From positions 1 to 34,597 of the forward strand of contig CAMRSV010000007.1 in assembly GCA_947053455.1 (NCBI GenBank): a stretch of 34,597 nt of DNA, in the 5' to 3' direction. Of this stretch, positions 17,241 to 26,394 are shown piece by piece. A program made the position numbers and the translations under genes. The DNA comes from an uncultured Alphaproteobacteria bacterium. Its GTDB lineage: Bacteria > Pseudomonadota > Alphaproteobacteria > Rs-D84. The first letter of the stretch is position 1, and every line of letters begins with the position of its first letter. The notes beneath the pieces were generated by a model. It was not told the origin of the DNA and made no database searches. It saw only the letters and a program-made list of their open reading frames with translations.

Positions 17241-18916
17241 TGTACGGAAAATTTTCAGTTGCCTTTATTTGCATTTTATTTTCGAGCCTCTTGGGCGCGC
17301 TGGCCGATGTGCAACCGAGTGAAACCCAATGCGCAACAGGTGTGTTTGCAAACGCACTATATAAAAATTCCGCTGCAATTTCCGAAGACGCGTCTGAAAT
17401 TGATGTCCGCGAATGGATTTATAAAACTTTTGCCGCGCCTGATACATTACGGGCGGTATTATCGTGCCCAGAAATAGCCACGGCGCCGGATGATGCGACT
17501 ATTAAATTCCTGCCGATAAAACACAATTTTCCCGGCGGCCGCGAAATCAACATCAACTATGAAACACAGCCAAAGATTTTCAAACAACGGTTAAACCTGG
17601 CCAACAAGCGTACGGTTGGCGCACTGCCGCACAGTCCGCGCATTGGTGGGGCAAATGATGACGCCGAATGGTCAAATACGAATCCGGCCTGGTATGCCAT
17701 TATGGTTGTACAAAGTGGTGCCCTAGACAACTTTATCGGGGCGGGAAAAAACTATACGATTTCACTGGATTATATACGCGATAATATAGACACATTGTTC
17801 CCTGAAAACGGGCGCTGCACCGGCGATAGTGCACTGACTCTTGATAGCACGATACTGAATCGCGCGGTTCACAATATGGTGGATATTCCAGACGATACAA
17901 ACGACTATTATGTGGCAGGGGACGTTAATCTGCAATGGATTTCATACGCGGAAATTGCCGCAGATGTAGCAATAACCGTTGCAACAATGGGCGGCGGCGC
18001 GGTTGTTCTGGGGGCAACTAAATCTGCGCGCGCGGCACGAACATTAAAAAATCTGACAAGTCAAATTCGCACATTAAGTAAAATTGACACTGTTCGCGAC
18101 TATGTTCGCGCATCCCAATCATATACACGCGCCGCAAATGAATTAAAGAAAATAGACCGTGCACAAGATGCCGCCCAATACGCACGCAAATCCGAAGAGG
18201 TAAAAAACCTGTCAGCGAAAGTGCGCGAACTGGAACGCACCGATGAAAATGTCCGCAATTACAAACGTGCCACCGACAGTTTTAGTGAAATAAACAAATA
18301 TCGCCATGCGTTAAATGGAATACGACTGGCGCGGCGCGGCAATATCGTAACCCGTGGATTTCGCGCATTCAAGGCCGCAAACACCGGAAATAAAGCTATA
18401 AACAGCGGTGCAAAAATCGCGCGCAGTGGGATGCAGTCCGGACGCATTCGCGATTGGCTGTTTCAGGCGACACTGCGCAACACCGGAAAAATCGCAAAAA
18501 TGGAAGAGGCCGGTGGTCTGATATACGGTGGCATACAATTTTTGGGTAACATGTATGATTGGACAGAAACCAGCACCGGTGATTTTACCAGCGGCATTGA
18601 ATTTGCGCCATTGCTGCTGCTGTCGGCGGATGATTTAGAGGGCCAGGAAAATGTCGTTAACCATGGAATGTGGTTTTTATGGATGGGTAATTCAACCGAC
18701 CCGGCGGACGATGATGCGGCATACCTGTCGGCGATGGATACGGCCGCCAAATTTTACCAGGATTTGACCGAATTACAGGACGCCGAAAATGATTACCCGT
18801 GCGACATAGATATTTTTGTGGTACGTCCAGTTATTCGCAATCCCGGCGCCCCAGACGCGGCGCTATATTATCTGATTATGAATGATGAACCATGGCGTAC
18901 CGGCATGGCGGAATAA
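17240..18916 (+). CDS. Hypothetical secreted protein with central hydrophobic segment and coiled coil
   Basis: TGATG overlap with the upstream stop. Signal peptide MYGKFSVAFICILFSSLLGALA. IAADVAITVATMGGGAVVLGA is followed by a basic coiled coil. Confidence 0.78.
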   Translation: MYGKFSVAFICILFSSLLGALADVQPSETQCATGVFANALYKNSAAISEDASEIDVREWIYKTFAAPDTLRAVLSCPEIATAPDDATIKFLPIKHNFPGGREININYETQPKIFKQRLNLANKRTVGALPHSPRIGGANDDAEWSNTNPAWYAIMVVQSGALDNFIGAGKNYTISLDYIRDNIDTLFPENGRCTGDSALTLDSTILNRAVHNMVDIPDDTNDYYVAGDVNLQWISYAEIAADVAITVATMGGGAVVLGATKSARAARTLKNLTSQIRTLSKIDTVRDYVRASQSYTRAANELKKIDRAQDAAQYARKSEEVKNLSAKVRELERTDENVRNYKRATDSFSEINKYRHALNGIRLARRGNIVTRGFRAFKAANTGNKAINSGAKIARSGMQSGRIRDWLFQATLRNTGKIAKMEEAGGLIYGGIQFLGNMYDWTETSTGDFTSGIEFAPLLLLSADDLEGQENVVNHGMWFLWMGNSTDPADDDAAYLSAMDTAAKFYQDLTELQDAENDYPCDIDIFVVRPVIRNPGAPDAALYYLIMNDEPWRTGMAE

Positions 18917-18994
18917 TTATACAATTTTCCCTATTGTATTTGCCGACGAATTTTTCTATACTTTCATATATAATTCATACAAAGGGGGCGCATT

Positions 18995-19312
18995 ATGAAA
19001 AAAATACTGTTCGCAATTTTAATTGGAATTACGTCGGTTGGCAGCGCATCTGCATATCAATTGCTGTCGTCCAAGGAATTAGGGCGAAATGACGCGAAGA
19101 ACCAAAACGTCGTTGTAAAATGCACCACAGATACGGGCAAAGTTTCAAACCAGACATGTTCTTTGCGCAGATACGCAAAATGTACAGGTACCGGCCCAAA
19201 CAAGAAATGCAGCGGATGGCAACCATGGCAGGACTTGCGCAATCCGTCCGCAAAATATTCTGACTGGAAGGCTGCCGCATCCGCATGTTGCCGTGCCAAA
19301 GGACTACGATAA
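18995..19312 (+). CDS. Small secreted Cys-containing basic protein
   Basis: Signal peptide ending SASA, six Cys, GGGGG RBS, own terminator. Confidence 0.8.
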   Translation: MKKILFAILIGITSVGSASAYQLLSSKELGRNDAKNQNVVVKCTTDTGKVSNQTCSLRRYAKCTGTGPNKKCSGWQPWQDLRNPSAKYSDWKAAASACCRAKGLR

Positions 19313-19341
19313 TAAAATCCGCCAAATGGCGGATTTTATTA
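19311..19341. terminator. Bidirectional terminator
   Basis: AATAAAATCCGCCA-aa-TGGCGGATTTTATT inverted repeat. Confidence 0.8.
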
Positions 19342-19653
19342 TTCGGATTTTTGCCTGCGCACCCTGCGCGTCGCAACCGCTATAGAATCCCGAACATATT
19401 GATATTCCCGTTTAGCCCGTTCATATTCACGTTTTGTCTCTTCATAACGTGGACTTGCGGCTTTAAACTTTTCTTCTTGGCAATTGCTGTAAGTTATACA
19501 AAAGTACACCACCAATGTATAACTTACAGCAATACAAATAAAGTATGTTACACCCGCACACATAGCTAATGTTTGCTTCACCGGCACAGGATTGTCATTT
19601 TGCATCACTTTAATATATTCCATTATTTTTATATTCGTTCTTTTCTTTCTCAT
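19339..19653 (-). CDS. Hypothetical protein, one TM plus short coiled coil
   Basis: TM GVTYFICIAVSYTLVVYFCITY, coiled coil ending YQYVRDSI. Start uncertain. Confidence 0.6.
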   Translation of the reverse strand: MRKKRTNIKIMEYIKVMQNDNPVPVKQTLAMCAGVTYFICIAVSYTLVVYFCITYSNCQEEKFKAASPRYEETKREYERAKREYQYVRDSIAVATRRVRRQKSE

Positions 19654-19663
19654 ACTTTACACT

Positions 19664-20032
19664 CTATCTTGTTTTTGACATTTCATTTCGATATACAGTC
19701 AACAGGGAATCGCGAATATGCTGCAGCTGAGCCCTTTTTTCGTCCAAATTTTGCTCAATTTGTTCAACTTCGCGCTTTTTGGCGGAATATACCGCATCAG
19801 ATTCAATATCACGTTCGCGCTGTATATAAAAAAGCAAAACTAACGTGAACATGCCGCCAAATGCAGCAATTTTTAATCCTGATTTAATCCGACCCATTGT
19901 TTTAAAAAACTTTTTTGCACGCGCCAGATATTCTTCGTTATAAAACTGTGAAAAATCATGTACATCCTTCTTCGTACATTGTAAATAATCACGTATTAAT
20001 TCTTTATCTTTGTCGGATAACACACTTTTCAT
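19664..20032 (-). CDS. Hypothetical protein, one TM plus short coiled coil
   Basis: Start moved to MKSVLS (GAGGT RBS; the upstream part overlaps tRNA-Val). TM IAAFGGMFTLVLLFYI, coiled coil ending LQHIRDSL. Confidence 0.65.
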   Translation of the reverse strand: MKSVLSDKDKELIRDYLQCTKKDVHDFSQFYNEEYLARAKKFFKTMGRIKSGLKIAAFGGMFTLVLLFYIQRERDIESDAVYSAKKREVEQIEQNLDEKRAQLQHIRDSLLTVYRNEMSKTR

Positions 20033-20062
20033 AAAATAACCTCTTTGAAAGAAATAATTTCG

Positions 20063-20139
20063 TGGTGGATGTGATTGGACTCGAACCAACGACCTCTTCG
20101 ATGTGAACGAAGCGCTCTAACCAGCTGAGCTACACATCC
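20063..20139 (-). tRNA. tRNA-Val(CAC)
   Basis: GGATGTGTAGCTCAGCTGGTTAGAGC, anticodon arm CTTCG-TT-CAC-AT-CGAAG, 3' CACATCC-ACCA. Confidence 0.96.
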
Positions 20140-20162
20140 ATAATACGCACGTTTACTCTCTC

Positions 20163-20249
20163 TGGTGGGGATAGTGGGACTCGAACCCACACGGTTGCAA
20201 TAACCAAAGGATTTTAAGTCCTCAGCGTCTACCATTCCGCCATATCCCC
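20163..20249 (-). tRNA. tRNA-Leu(TAA)
   Basis: GGGGATATGGCGGAATGGTAGACGC, anticodon arm GAGGA-CT-TAA-AA-TCCTT, long variable arm, CCA end. Confidence 0.96.
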
Positions 20250-20357
20250 GACGGTCCTCTGTGTGCGGAATAAATCTTATCAGCAAGGAGCGGCGGTTTC
20301 AAGCGAAAAAATTATGAAAAACAATTAAAAAACCGGCCGTGGCCGACCGGTAAATTC

Positions 20358-20433
20358 TGGTGGAGCTGATGGGACTCAAACCCACGACCTCTACGATGCG
20401 AACGTAGCGCTCTATCAACTGAGCTACAACCCC
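20358..20433 (-). tRNA. tRNA-Ala(CGC)
   Basis: G3:U70 acceptor stem, anticodon arm CTACG-TT-CGC-AT-CGTAG, CCA end. D-loop has GA and T-loop has TTT. Confidence 0.93.
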
Positions 20434-20440
20434 AAAACCC

Positions 20441-20527
20441 TGGTGCGGATAAGAAGACTCGAACTTCCAAGGTATTGCTACCACTAGTACCTGAAACTAG
20501 CGCGTCTACCAATTCCGCCATATCCGC
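20441..20527 (-). tRNA. tRNA-Leu(CAG)
   Basis: GCGGATATGGCGGAATTGGTAGACGC, anticodon arm CTAGT-TT-CAG-GT-ACTAG, long variable arm, CCA end. Confidence 0.96.
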
Positions 20528-20618
20528 ACGACGTTAAAGCAATGTGAATAATAACGCAATTGTTTCCCGTTTGCAACAAGAAAAATTATGCCGCCGCCAT
20601 TTTTCCAACTACACATCA

Positions 20619-21554
20619 TCACAGCAGATAATCCGCATTTTTCGCAGCGACAGCGGCATAAAGACCTTCATATCCACGGATATATGACAACTCGAACAAA
20701 CCGTCGACATCAAATTTCATCATTGCTTGAAATACCGCTTGTTCAGTTGAAACAAGGCCATGTCGTATCATAATGCGGCGTACGCGTTCAAACGCGTCAT
20801 AAAATTCACGCGCCCGCTTTGTCGGAACAATAAAAGCGCCCGCCGGAACATCATAGTCTGCATTTATCATGGCAATGTCTGTCAAATCTTGACGCGCCAA
20901 ACTCTGCGCCGTCGCATCTGGAATCGGCCCCTTGACCCACCGATATATATCATAAACGAAGCGTGGAACAAAATGCGGACGTGAACGCCCCAACGTCGGT
21001 GCGATTGCAATTCGTGCCCGTTTCGGTTTTGCCGCAATAGCCCCCCCCCAGTCACGCCATATGCCAGAATACATTTCATTAAACGCGCCCGCATCAATCC
21101 ACATAAAATAATCTGATTTGTATTTGTTGTGCGCCGCAGCCCATTCAATAACAGCCGGCTTTGCCGCAATCAGCGTCATATAATTTAACCACTGAATTGG
21201 TGTTTTGTGGCGCAACAAAAAACCAACATTCCCACGCATTGATTCCAATATTTTAAGCCACGCATCCCGTTCCGAATAATGTGGCAGATCTGAAAATTTC
21301 ATAACACGCATGCTTATCTTTTTAGACAGCCCGCAATCACGCAAATATTGCGCGGTCTGCTCGTCACACCAAAGTGCCACGCGTTCAAACGTTTCAACCA
21401 TTTTTCGTAACGACGGCAAATAAAAATCTTCAAACTTTCTATCCATACGTTTCAATGCGTCTAGATTTCCAGCATCCGGCAACTTAAATAACATTGTGCA
21501 AAATGTTATATCTCTGCGTTTTTTATCATATGTTATTGCGGAATTTAATGCCAT
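20619..21554 (-). CDS. HtrL/YibB-like protein (putative glycosyltransferase)
   Basis: Y...K...A..N.YKSDYFMWIDAG and later STEQAVF resemble the HtrL_YibB family pattern. AAGGGGG RBS. Confidence 0.65.
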   Translation of the reverse strand: MALNSAITYDKKRRDITFCTMLFKLPDAGNLDALKRMDRKFEDFYLPSLRKMVETFERVALWCDEQTAQYLRDCGLSKKISMRVMKFSDLPHYSERDAWLKILESMRGNVGFLLRHKTPIQWLNYMTLIAAKPAVIEWAAAHNKYKSDYFMWIDAGAFNEMYSGIWRDWGGAIAAKPKRARIAIAPTLGRSRPHFVPRFVYDIYRWVKGPIPDATAQSLARQDLTDIAMINADYDVPAGAFIVPTKRAREFYDAFERVRRIMIRHGLVSTEQAVFQAMMKFDVDGLFELSYIRGYEGLYAAVAAKNADYLL

Positions 21555-21695
21555 ATTTGCCCCCTTTGGACAGGTTTATAAAATTATGAATAAATGTGAA
21601 CTAAATAACAAGAAAAATATTATTGCCCACAAGTGTCGTGGCGTTTAGATTTCGCTTGCCCTAAAATTCGCAATTTTGCTAATATTTTATCAGAG

Positions 21696-24293
21696 ATGAA
21701 AAAGATTCTGAATTTTACCTTGATTTTCGGCCTCTGCATGGGCGGGGCAAATGCTGCCATACGCGACGGCAACACTGTGGCACGCCAAAATTCCGCGGGC
21801 AGCACACAACAACGCATATCAACAACCGTAAAAACAGAACGCGCCGCACGTACAGCATTGGTTCCAAACGCACAAAATGTCACGCAGCGCGGCGCAACAC
21901 AAACGACAACTTCACGTGCCGCAACCGCTACAGCGGCACGCAGCGCCAAACAGACCGCGGCGCAACGTGGAACGGTGCAAACATCCACATCAACACGTTC
22001 CGCACGCGCGGCAAATGCGCCAACCCAACGAACCGCAACGCCAACCGTTGCCGCACGTGCTGCAACCACCACATCAACCACACAAACCCGCACCGGCACA
22101 GAATACGAACAATGCAAAAGCGCATACTTTGCATGCATGGATCAATTTTGCCAATTAAAAAGCGACGACTATCGCAGGTGTTCTTGTAATGACCGCGTAT
22201 TAGAACTGGCCAAAACGCGCGAGGCAATAAAACAGGCCGGGGAACAGTTAACTGTATTTACAGAAAATCTGGATGTTGTTGGAATGACCGCCGCCCAGGC
22301 CGAGGCAATGCGCACCGCGTCAGAGGGTGAAAATGCACTTACGTCAGACACATCTACGTCAAAAGCCCTGTTGCAGGCGATTATGAACTCAATCCGTGGC
22401 GGTGACACGTCGGTCAGCGGCAAGTTTTCGGGTCTAAACAGTATAAACCTTGCGTTTGATACAACGAGCATATTTGGGGCATCTGATTCGGGTCAAACGC
22501 TTGCTACATATAACGGACAAAGCCTGTATACCGCTGTATACCCACAATGCCGCGATGCGGTAAAATCAGACTGTAACGATGCATCATTACAACGTGCGGT
22601 TACAGCATACCTGATGGCAATAGAACAAGATTGCAACACCGTTCAAACCGCATTGGCAGAAAAGCAAAAACAAATGAAATCCGCCATCCGCGAAGGCAGT
22701 GCAATGTTAGATTTGGCGCGCGTGGAAAACCGTAAAAATCATAATTCTGATAATATCGCGCAATGCATAAATAATGTTGAAAGCGCAATTTTAAGTGAAG
22801 AAGTATGTGGCGCAGGATATCATAAATGCCTGGACAACGGGCAATACATAGACGTAGACACCGGTGCACCAATCGCAGGTGTTGTAAAGTTCTATGAATT
22901 GGAAAATCTGCTAAAGTTTGCCGATGGGGTTGATGCCGCAGATCAGAAACTGTCCCAAAACCCCAATAATCGTATATTCGTGCAAAATTTTGAAAATCGT
23001 GTCAAAAAATTCGCCCAGCCTGCATTGGACAAGTGCACAGAGCAGTCTGACATTGTATGGACCGAATACTTGGATCGAGCAATGCTGGACATATTTTATG
23101 CCCAGAAAGCCAAGGTTGCGGAAATAAAGCAGGGCTGTTTTGATTTCGTTTCAATGTGCTATATGAATGGTGAGAAGGCATTAACAGATGCAATGAAAGA
23201 ATTGACTGGCAACAACGGAATTGTACTGCAGCCGAACAAGATTACCCTAGAAGCGCAGATGTGCAAAGATTACGTTGAATCTTGCGACAATATGTTCGAA
23301 GGTAATATCATTGCCGACTATATCCAAGAACGCCAACAGACAGATACAGTTGCCGCATGTTACGCAGTTGCAAAGCAATGTTTTGACAAATTCGGCGGCA
23401 CCGGGTATCAGAATTTCTATTACCCATATAGTGGATTATTTACAAAGGGACAGGCGGCCGACTGGTTTACACTATATAAATACAGCAACAACGGCCAAAC
23501 CAAGGAATATGTATCACAATGCGCAAAACAATTAACGCAAATTGACGCCTGTAACAACGACGAAATAATAGAGCAGGCCTTTGGCGGGTTTGATAAAATG
23601 AAGACGATACCAGGCACATCTACCAATACACTAGTTTACTATTATGATGAAGATGGCAAAGAAGAACGTTACGGTTTATTAAATCCCAACGACACAGGAA
23701 AAAAACAATTACGGCACAGGCTGTTGCGTTCAAGTGGCGCCGCGACCGAAGTATACAATCAGATTGTTGATACACTGACAGTACAATGTCTTAATCTGCA
23801 AGGACGTTTTGTAGAAATACAAAGCGTTAGAGATAACGCATACAATTTGACAACCGACTTATGCATATCTAATTTTGAACAATCACAAGAATATTCAAAC
23901 AAATTACAAAATCTAATGACAATATATGGAATAACCAAAAACGAAAATATGTGTCCACGTGACTATTCACTGGGTGTGGATACATTGTCATGGGGGGCAT
24001 GCTTGTGCTGGGAAAATGGCGGCCGCCGCAGTAAAGATGGCCATAGCGCAATGTGCGTTGCGACACTTCCAACACTGGCCCCCCCCCAGAACAAAGAATG
24101 CCCAGATTCAATCGATTACAAAAATCTAAATGGACACCAACCGGACAACTGGTGTACCCAAAAGCTGTTGTTGTCAACCGATAATCGCGTTTGCCCGATT
24201 GGAGGCCGGCTGTCTGATAAGGGCGAGTGTACAGCAATAATTGGTGATGTACCAATACTATTGGAGCAATTACCCGAGGCAATAACCAAATAA
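21696..24293 (+). CDS. Large secreted Cys-rich hypothetical protein with Ala/Arg/Thr-rich N-terminal linker
   Basis: Start moved to MKKILNF (signal peptide). Low-complexity ARAAT region, then CKSAYFACMDQFC...RCSC and many further Cys. Confidence 0.82.
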   Translation: MKKILNFTLIFGLCMGGANAAIRDGNTVARQNSAGSTQQRISTTVKTERAARTALVPNAQNVTQRGATQTTTSRAATATAARSAKQTAAQRGTVQTSTSTRSARAANAPTQRTATPTVAARAATTTSTTQTRTGTEYEQCKSAYFACMDQFCQLKSDDYRRCSCNDRVLELAKTREAIKQAGEQLTVFTENLDVVGMTAAQAEAMRTASEGENALTSDTSTSKALLQAIMNSIRGGDTSVSGKFSGLNSINLAFDTTSIFGASDSGQTLATYNGQSLYTAVYPQCRDAVKSDCNDASLQRAVTAYLMAIEQDCNTVQTALAEKQKQMKSAIREGSAMLDLARVENRKNHNSDNIAQCINNVESAILSEEVCGAGYHKCLDNGQYIDVDTGAPIAGVVKFYELENLLKFADGVDAADQKLSQNPNNRIFVQNFENRVKKFAQPALDKCTEQSDIVWTEYLDRAMLDIFYAQKAKVAEIKQGCFDFVSMCYMNGEKALTDAMKELTGNNGIVLQPNKITLEAQMCKDYVESCDNMFEGNIIADYIQERQQTDTVAACYAVAKQCFDKFGGTGYQNFYYPYSGLFTKGQAADWFTLYKYSNNGQTKEYVSQCAKQLTQIDACNNDEIIEQAFGGFDKMKTIPGTSTNTLVYYYDEDGKEERYGLLNPNDTGKKQLRHRLLRSSGAATEVYNQIVDTLTVQCLNLQGRFVEIQSVRDNAYNLTTDLCISNFEQSQEYSNKLQNLMTIYGITKNENMCPRDYSLGVDTLSWGACLCWENGGRRSKDGHSAMCVATLPTLAPPQNKECPDSIDYKNLNGHQPDNWCTQKLLLSTDNRVCPIGGRLSDKGECTAIIGDVPILLEQLPEAITK

Positions 24294-24313
24294 GCATTAT
24301 TTGCAAAATGATT

Positions 24314-24350
24314 AAAAACATCGGGTAAAATCATTTACCCGATGTTTTTT
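24314..24350. terminator. Bidirectional terminator
   Basis: AAAAACATCGGGTAAA...TTTACCCGATGTTTTT. Confidence 0.8.
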
Positions 24351-24374
24351 ACGACTGTTACGGTCAAGCTTTTA

Positions 24375-25526
24375 TTACATATCGCGACACCGCGCATCCG
24401 AACGCACACCGTCCGCAATCAACTGCGCCGGGGCACCATCGGGTCGACGCCACAATTTATCTGCCGCGGACAATTCCTTTATCATTTTTTCACGAACCGT
24501 CGGCACGGTCAGGCGTCCAAACGCGAATATTACATTGTCGCACCGGGCGTCTGAACCCAAAAATTCCGGGTAAACCCCACGGTTTAACAATATGTTAACC
24601 AATGACACCCAACGTATGCGTATGACCTGGCGAACCAGCCAAGTTGTTACCGGGTTCATTTTATAAATTACAATCGCCGGTATATGCATCATCGCCAATT
24701 CTGCCGAAACAGTCCCGCTGGCGACAATTGCAACAAAGGTGTTAGAGTATAATTCATAACGCGCAGACGACGGTACCAGGGTGGGGCGCACATCCCATTT
24801 TTTAGTTTCACGCCGCACATAATCCGCCGTTGTTTCAACCGTCGGAATAACAAATTTATATGCGCCACCACTGCGCGACAATATCTGTGCAACACATCTA
24901 AATATCGGCATCAGACGCTTTACCTCTGACATGCGGCTGCCTGGGACAAGCGTAATCACCTTGTCACAAACTGGGTTGTCCGACTTATATTTGCCAATTA
25001 TACCATCCGCAATTGGGTGACCAACCGCAACAGTATCAAGGCCATACTTTGTGAAATAAGGAACCTCAAAATCAAAAAATGCATAAAGTTTATCGAATAT
25101 TTTGGCGTATTTTTTTGCGCGCCCCGGACGCCATGCCCAAACCTGTGGGGCGACAACATGGTGAAAACGCAAACCATGCGAAATAAGTTCACGACCTTGC
25201 TTTGACTTGCGAACCGCCTTTATAACACTTTTTGCAAAACCCGGCGCATCAATCGTTAAAACAACATCCGGCTTTTCATCAATTATTGCGCGCGCAGTCT
25301 GGGTAATACGGTGCGTCAATGTACGTGCGTGCATCAAAACCTCAACCACACCCATAACCGCCAAATCAGACATGGGAAACAAAGATTTAAGCCCCGCCGC
25401 AATCATGTTTTCGCCGCCAATACCGATAAAATCCGCATCCGGCATTTGGGACATTATGCGCGCCCCAAGCACATCGCCGGATACTTCGCCGGCAATGACA
25501 AAGACCTTTAATCTTTTATTCCGCAT
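24375..25526 (-). CDS. lpxB: Lipid-A-disaccharide synthase
   Basis: AGEVSGDVLG, IDAPGF, VAPQVWAWRPGR, VGHP, PGSRMSE, ASGTVSAE. Start moved to MRNKRL, overlapping the lpxA end. Confidence 0.95.
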   Translation of the reverse strand: MRNKRLKVFVIAGEVSGDVLGARIMSQMPDADFIGIGGENMIAAGLKSLFPMSDLAVMGVVEVLMHARTLTHRITQTARAIIDEKPDVVLTIDAPGFAKSVIKAVRKSKQGRELISHGLRFHHVVAPQVWAWRPGRAKKYAKIFDKLYAFFDFEVPYFTKYGLDTVAVGHPIADGIIGKYKSDNPVCDKVITLVPGSRMSEVKRLMPIFRCVAQILSRSGGAYKFVIPTVETTADYVRRETKKWDVRPTLVPSSARYELYSNTFVAIVASGTVSAELAMMHIPAIVIYKMNPVTTWLVRQVIRIRWVSLVNILLNRGVYPEFLGSDARCDNVIFAFGRLTVPTVREKMIKELSAADKLWRRPDGAPAQLIADGVRSDARCRDM

Positions 25527-26313
25527 TGCAGGATGTTCCAATACCGCGTTTTGAACGATTTTCAATAAAATCAATTGCATCCATCGCGTATTTGTTGTTT
25601 TTTACTTCCTTGCGAACCTTGGCCAGGCGTTCCGCCACCGTGCCCTCGGTTCCGCGAAATACGGCGGAATAAACTGCATGAATTGCGTGCATATCATCGT
25701 TTGTAAATCCGTGACGCATCAATCCGACACGGTTAATTGTACGATATGTCGCACGGGCACCATCATATATAGCATACGGTAAGACATCGTTTCCAACCCC
25801 AGACATACCGCCAATAAATGCGTTACGACCGATACGCGCAAACTGCAACACCATAACGCCGCCCGATAATATTGCAAAATCTTCAACCTCTACATGACCG
25901 GCAACCTGAACCAGGTTGGACATAACCACGCTGTTGCCAATTTTGCAATCGTGCCCGACGTGCGCATTGACCATAATCTGACAATCATCACCAATTACCG
26001 TACCATCTGACGCAGGCGTTCCAGAATGAATCGTAACATATTCGCGAATTTTACAACGTTTGCCAATGCGCAGACCAGTCATGGCCGCCTCGTCCTGCCA
26101 TTTTAAATCTTGGCTCATTACGCCAAGAACCGCGAACGGGTAAACAATGGAATCATCACCGATTGATGTCTTGCCATCTATTACAACATTTGAAATCAAT
26201 TCAACGCGATCGCCCAATACTACGTTTGGCCCGACAATGCAAAACGGACCGATTTTACAATCGGCGCCCAGTTTTGCGCCTTCATGAATAACTGCGGTTG
26301 GATGTATAGTCAT
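25516..26313 (-). CDS. lpxA: UDP-N-acetylglucosamine O-acyltransferase
   Basis: IHPTAVI hexapeptide repeats, QDLK, IREYVTIHSGT, HVGHDC, AGHVEV, NRVGLMR. Confidence 0.96.
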   Translation of the reverse strand: MTIHPTAVIHEGAKLGADCKIGPFCIVGPNVVLGDRVELISNVVIDGKTSIGDDSIVYPFAVLGVMSQDLKWQDEAAMTGLRIGKRCKIREYVTIHSGTPASDGTVIGDDCQIMVNAHVGHDCKIGNSVVMSNLVQVAGHVEVEDFAILSGGVMVLQFARIGRNAFIGGMSGVGNDVLPYAIYDGARATYRTINRVGLMRHGFTNDDMHAIHAVYSAVFRGTEGTVAERLAKVRKEVKNNKYAMDAIDFIENRSKRGIGTSCNAE

Positions 26314-26394
26314 AATATATCGCCTTTTTATTTTACATATCCTGGCAATAATACATTATAACACCTAAAATTTGTATTAAATAAATATAACGAA

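Noticed and set aside
20029-20521. ORFs across the tRNA cluster
   Set aside because: They are translations of tRNA genes.
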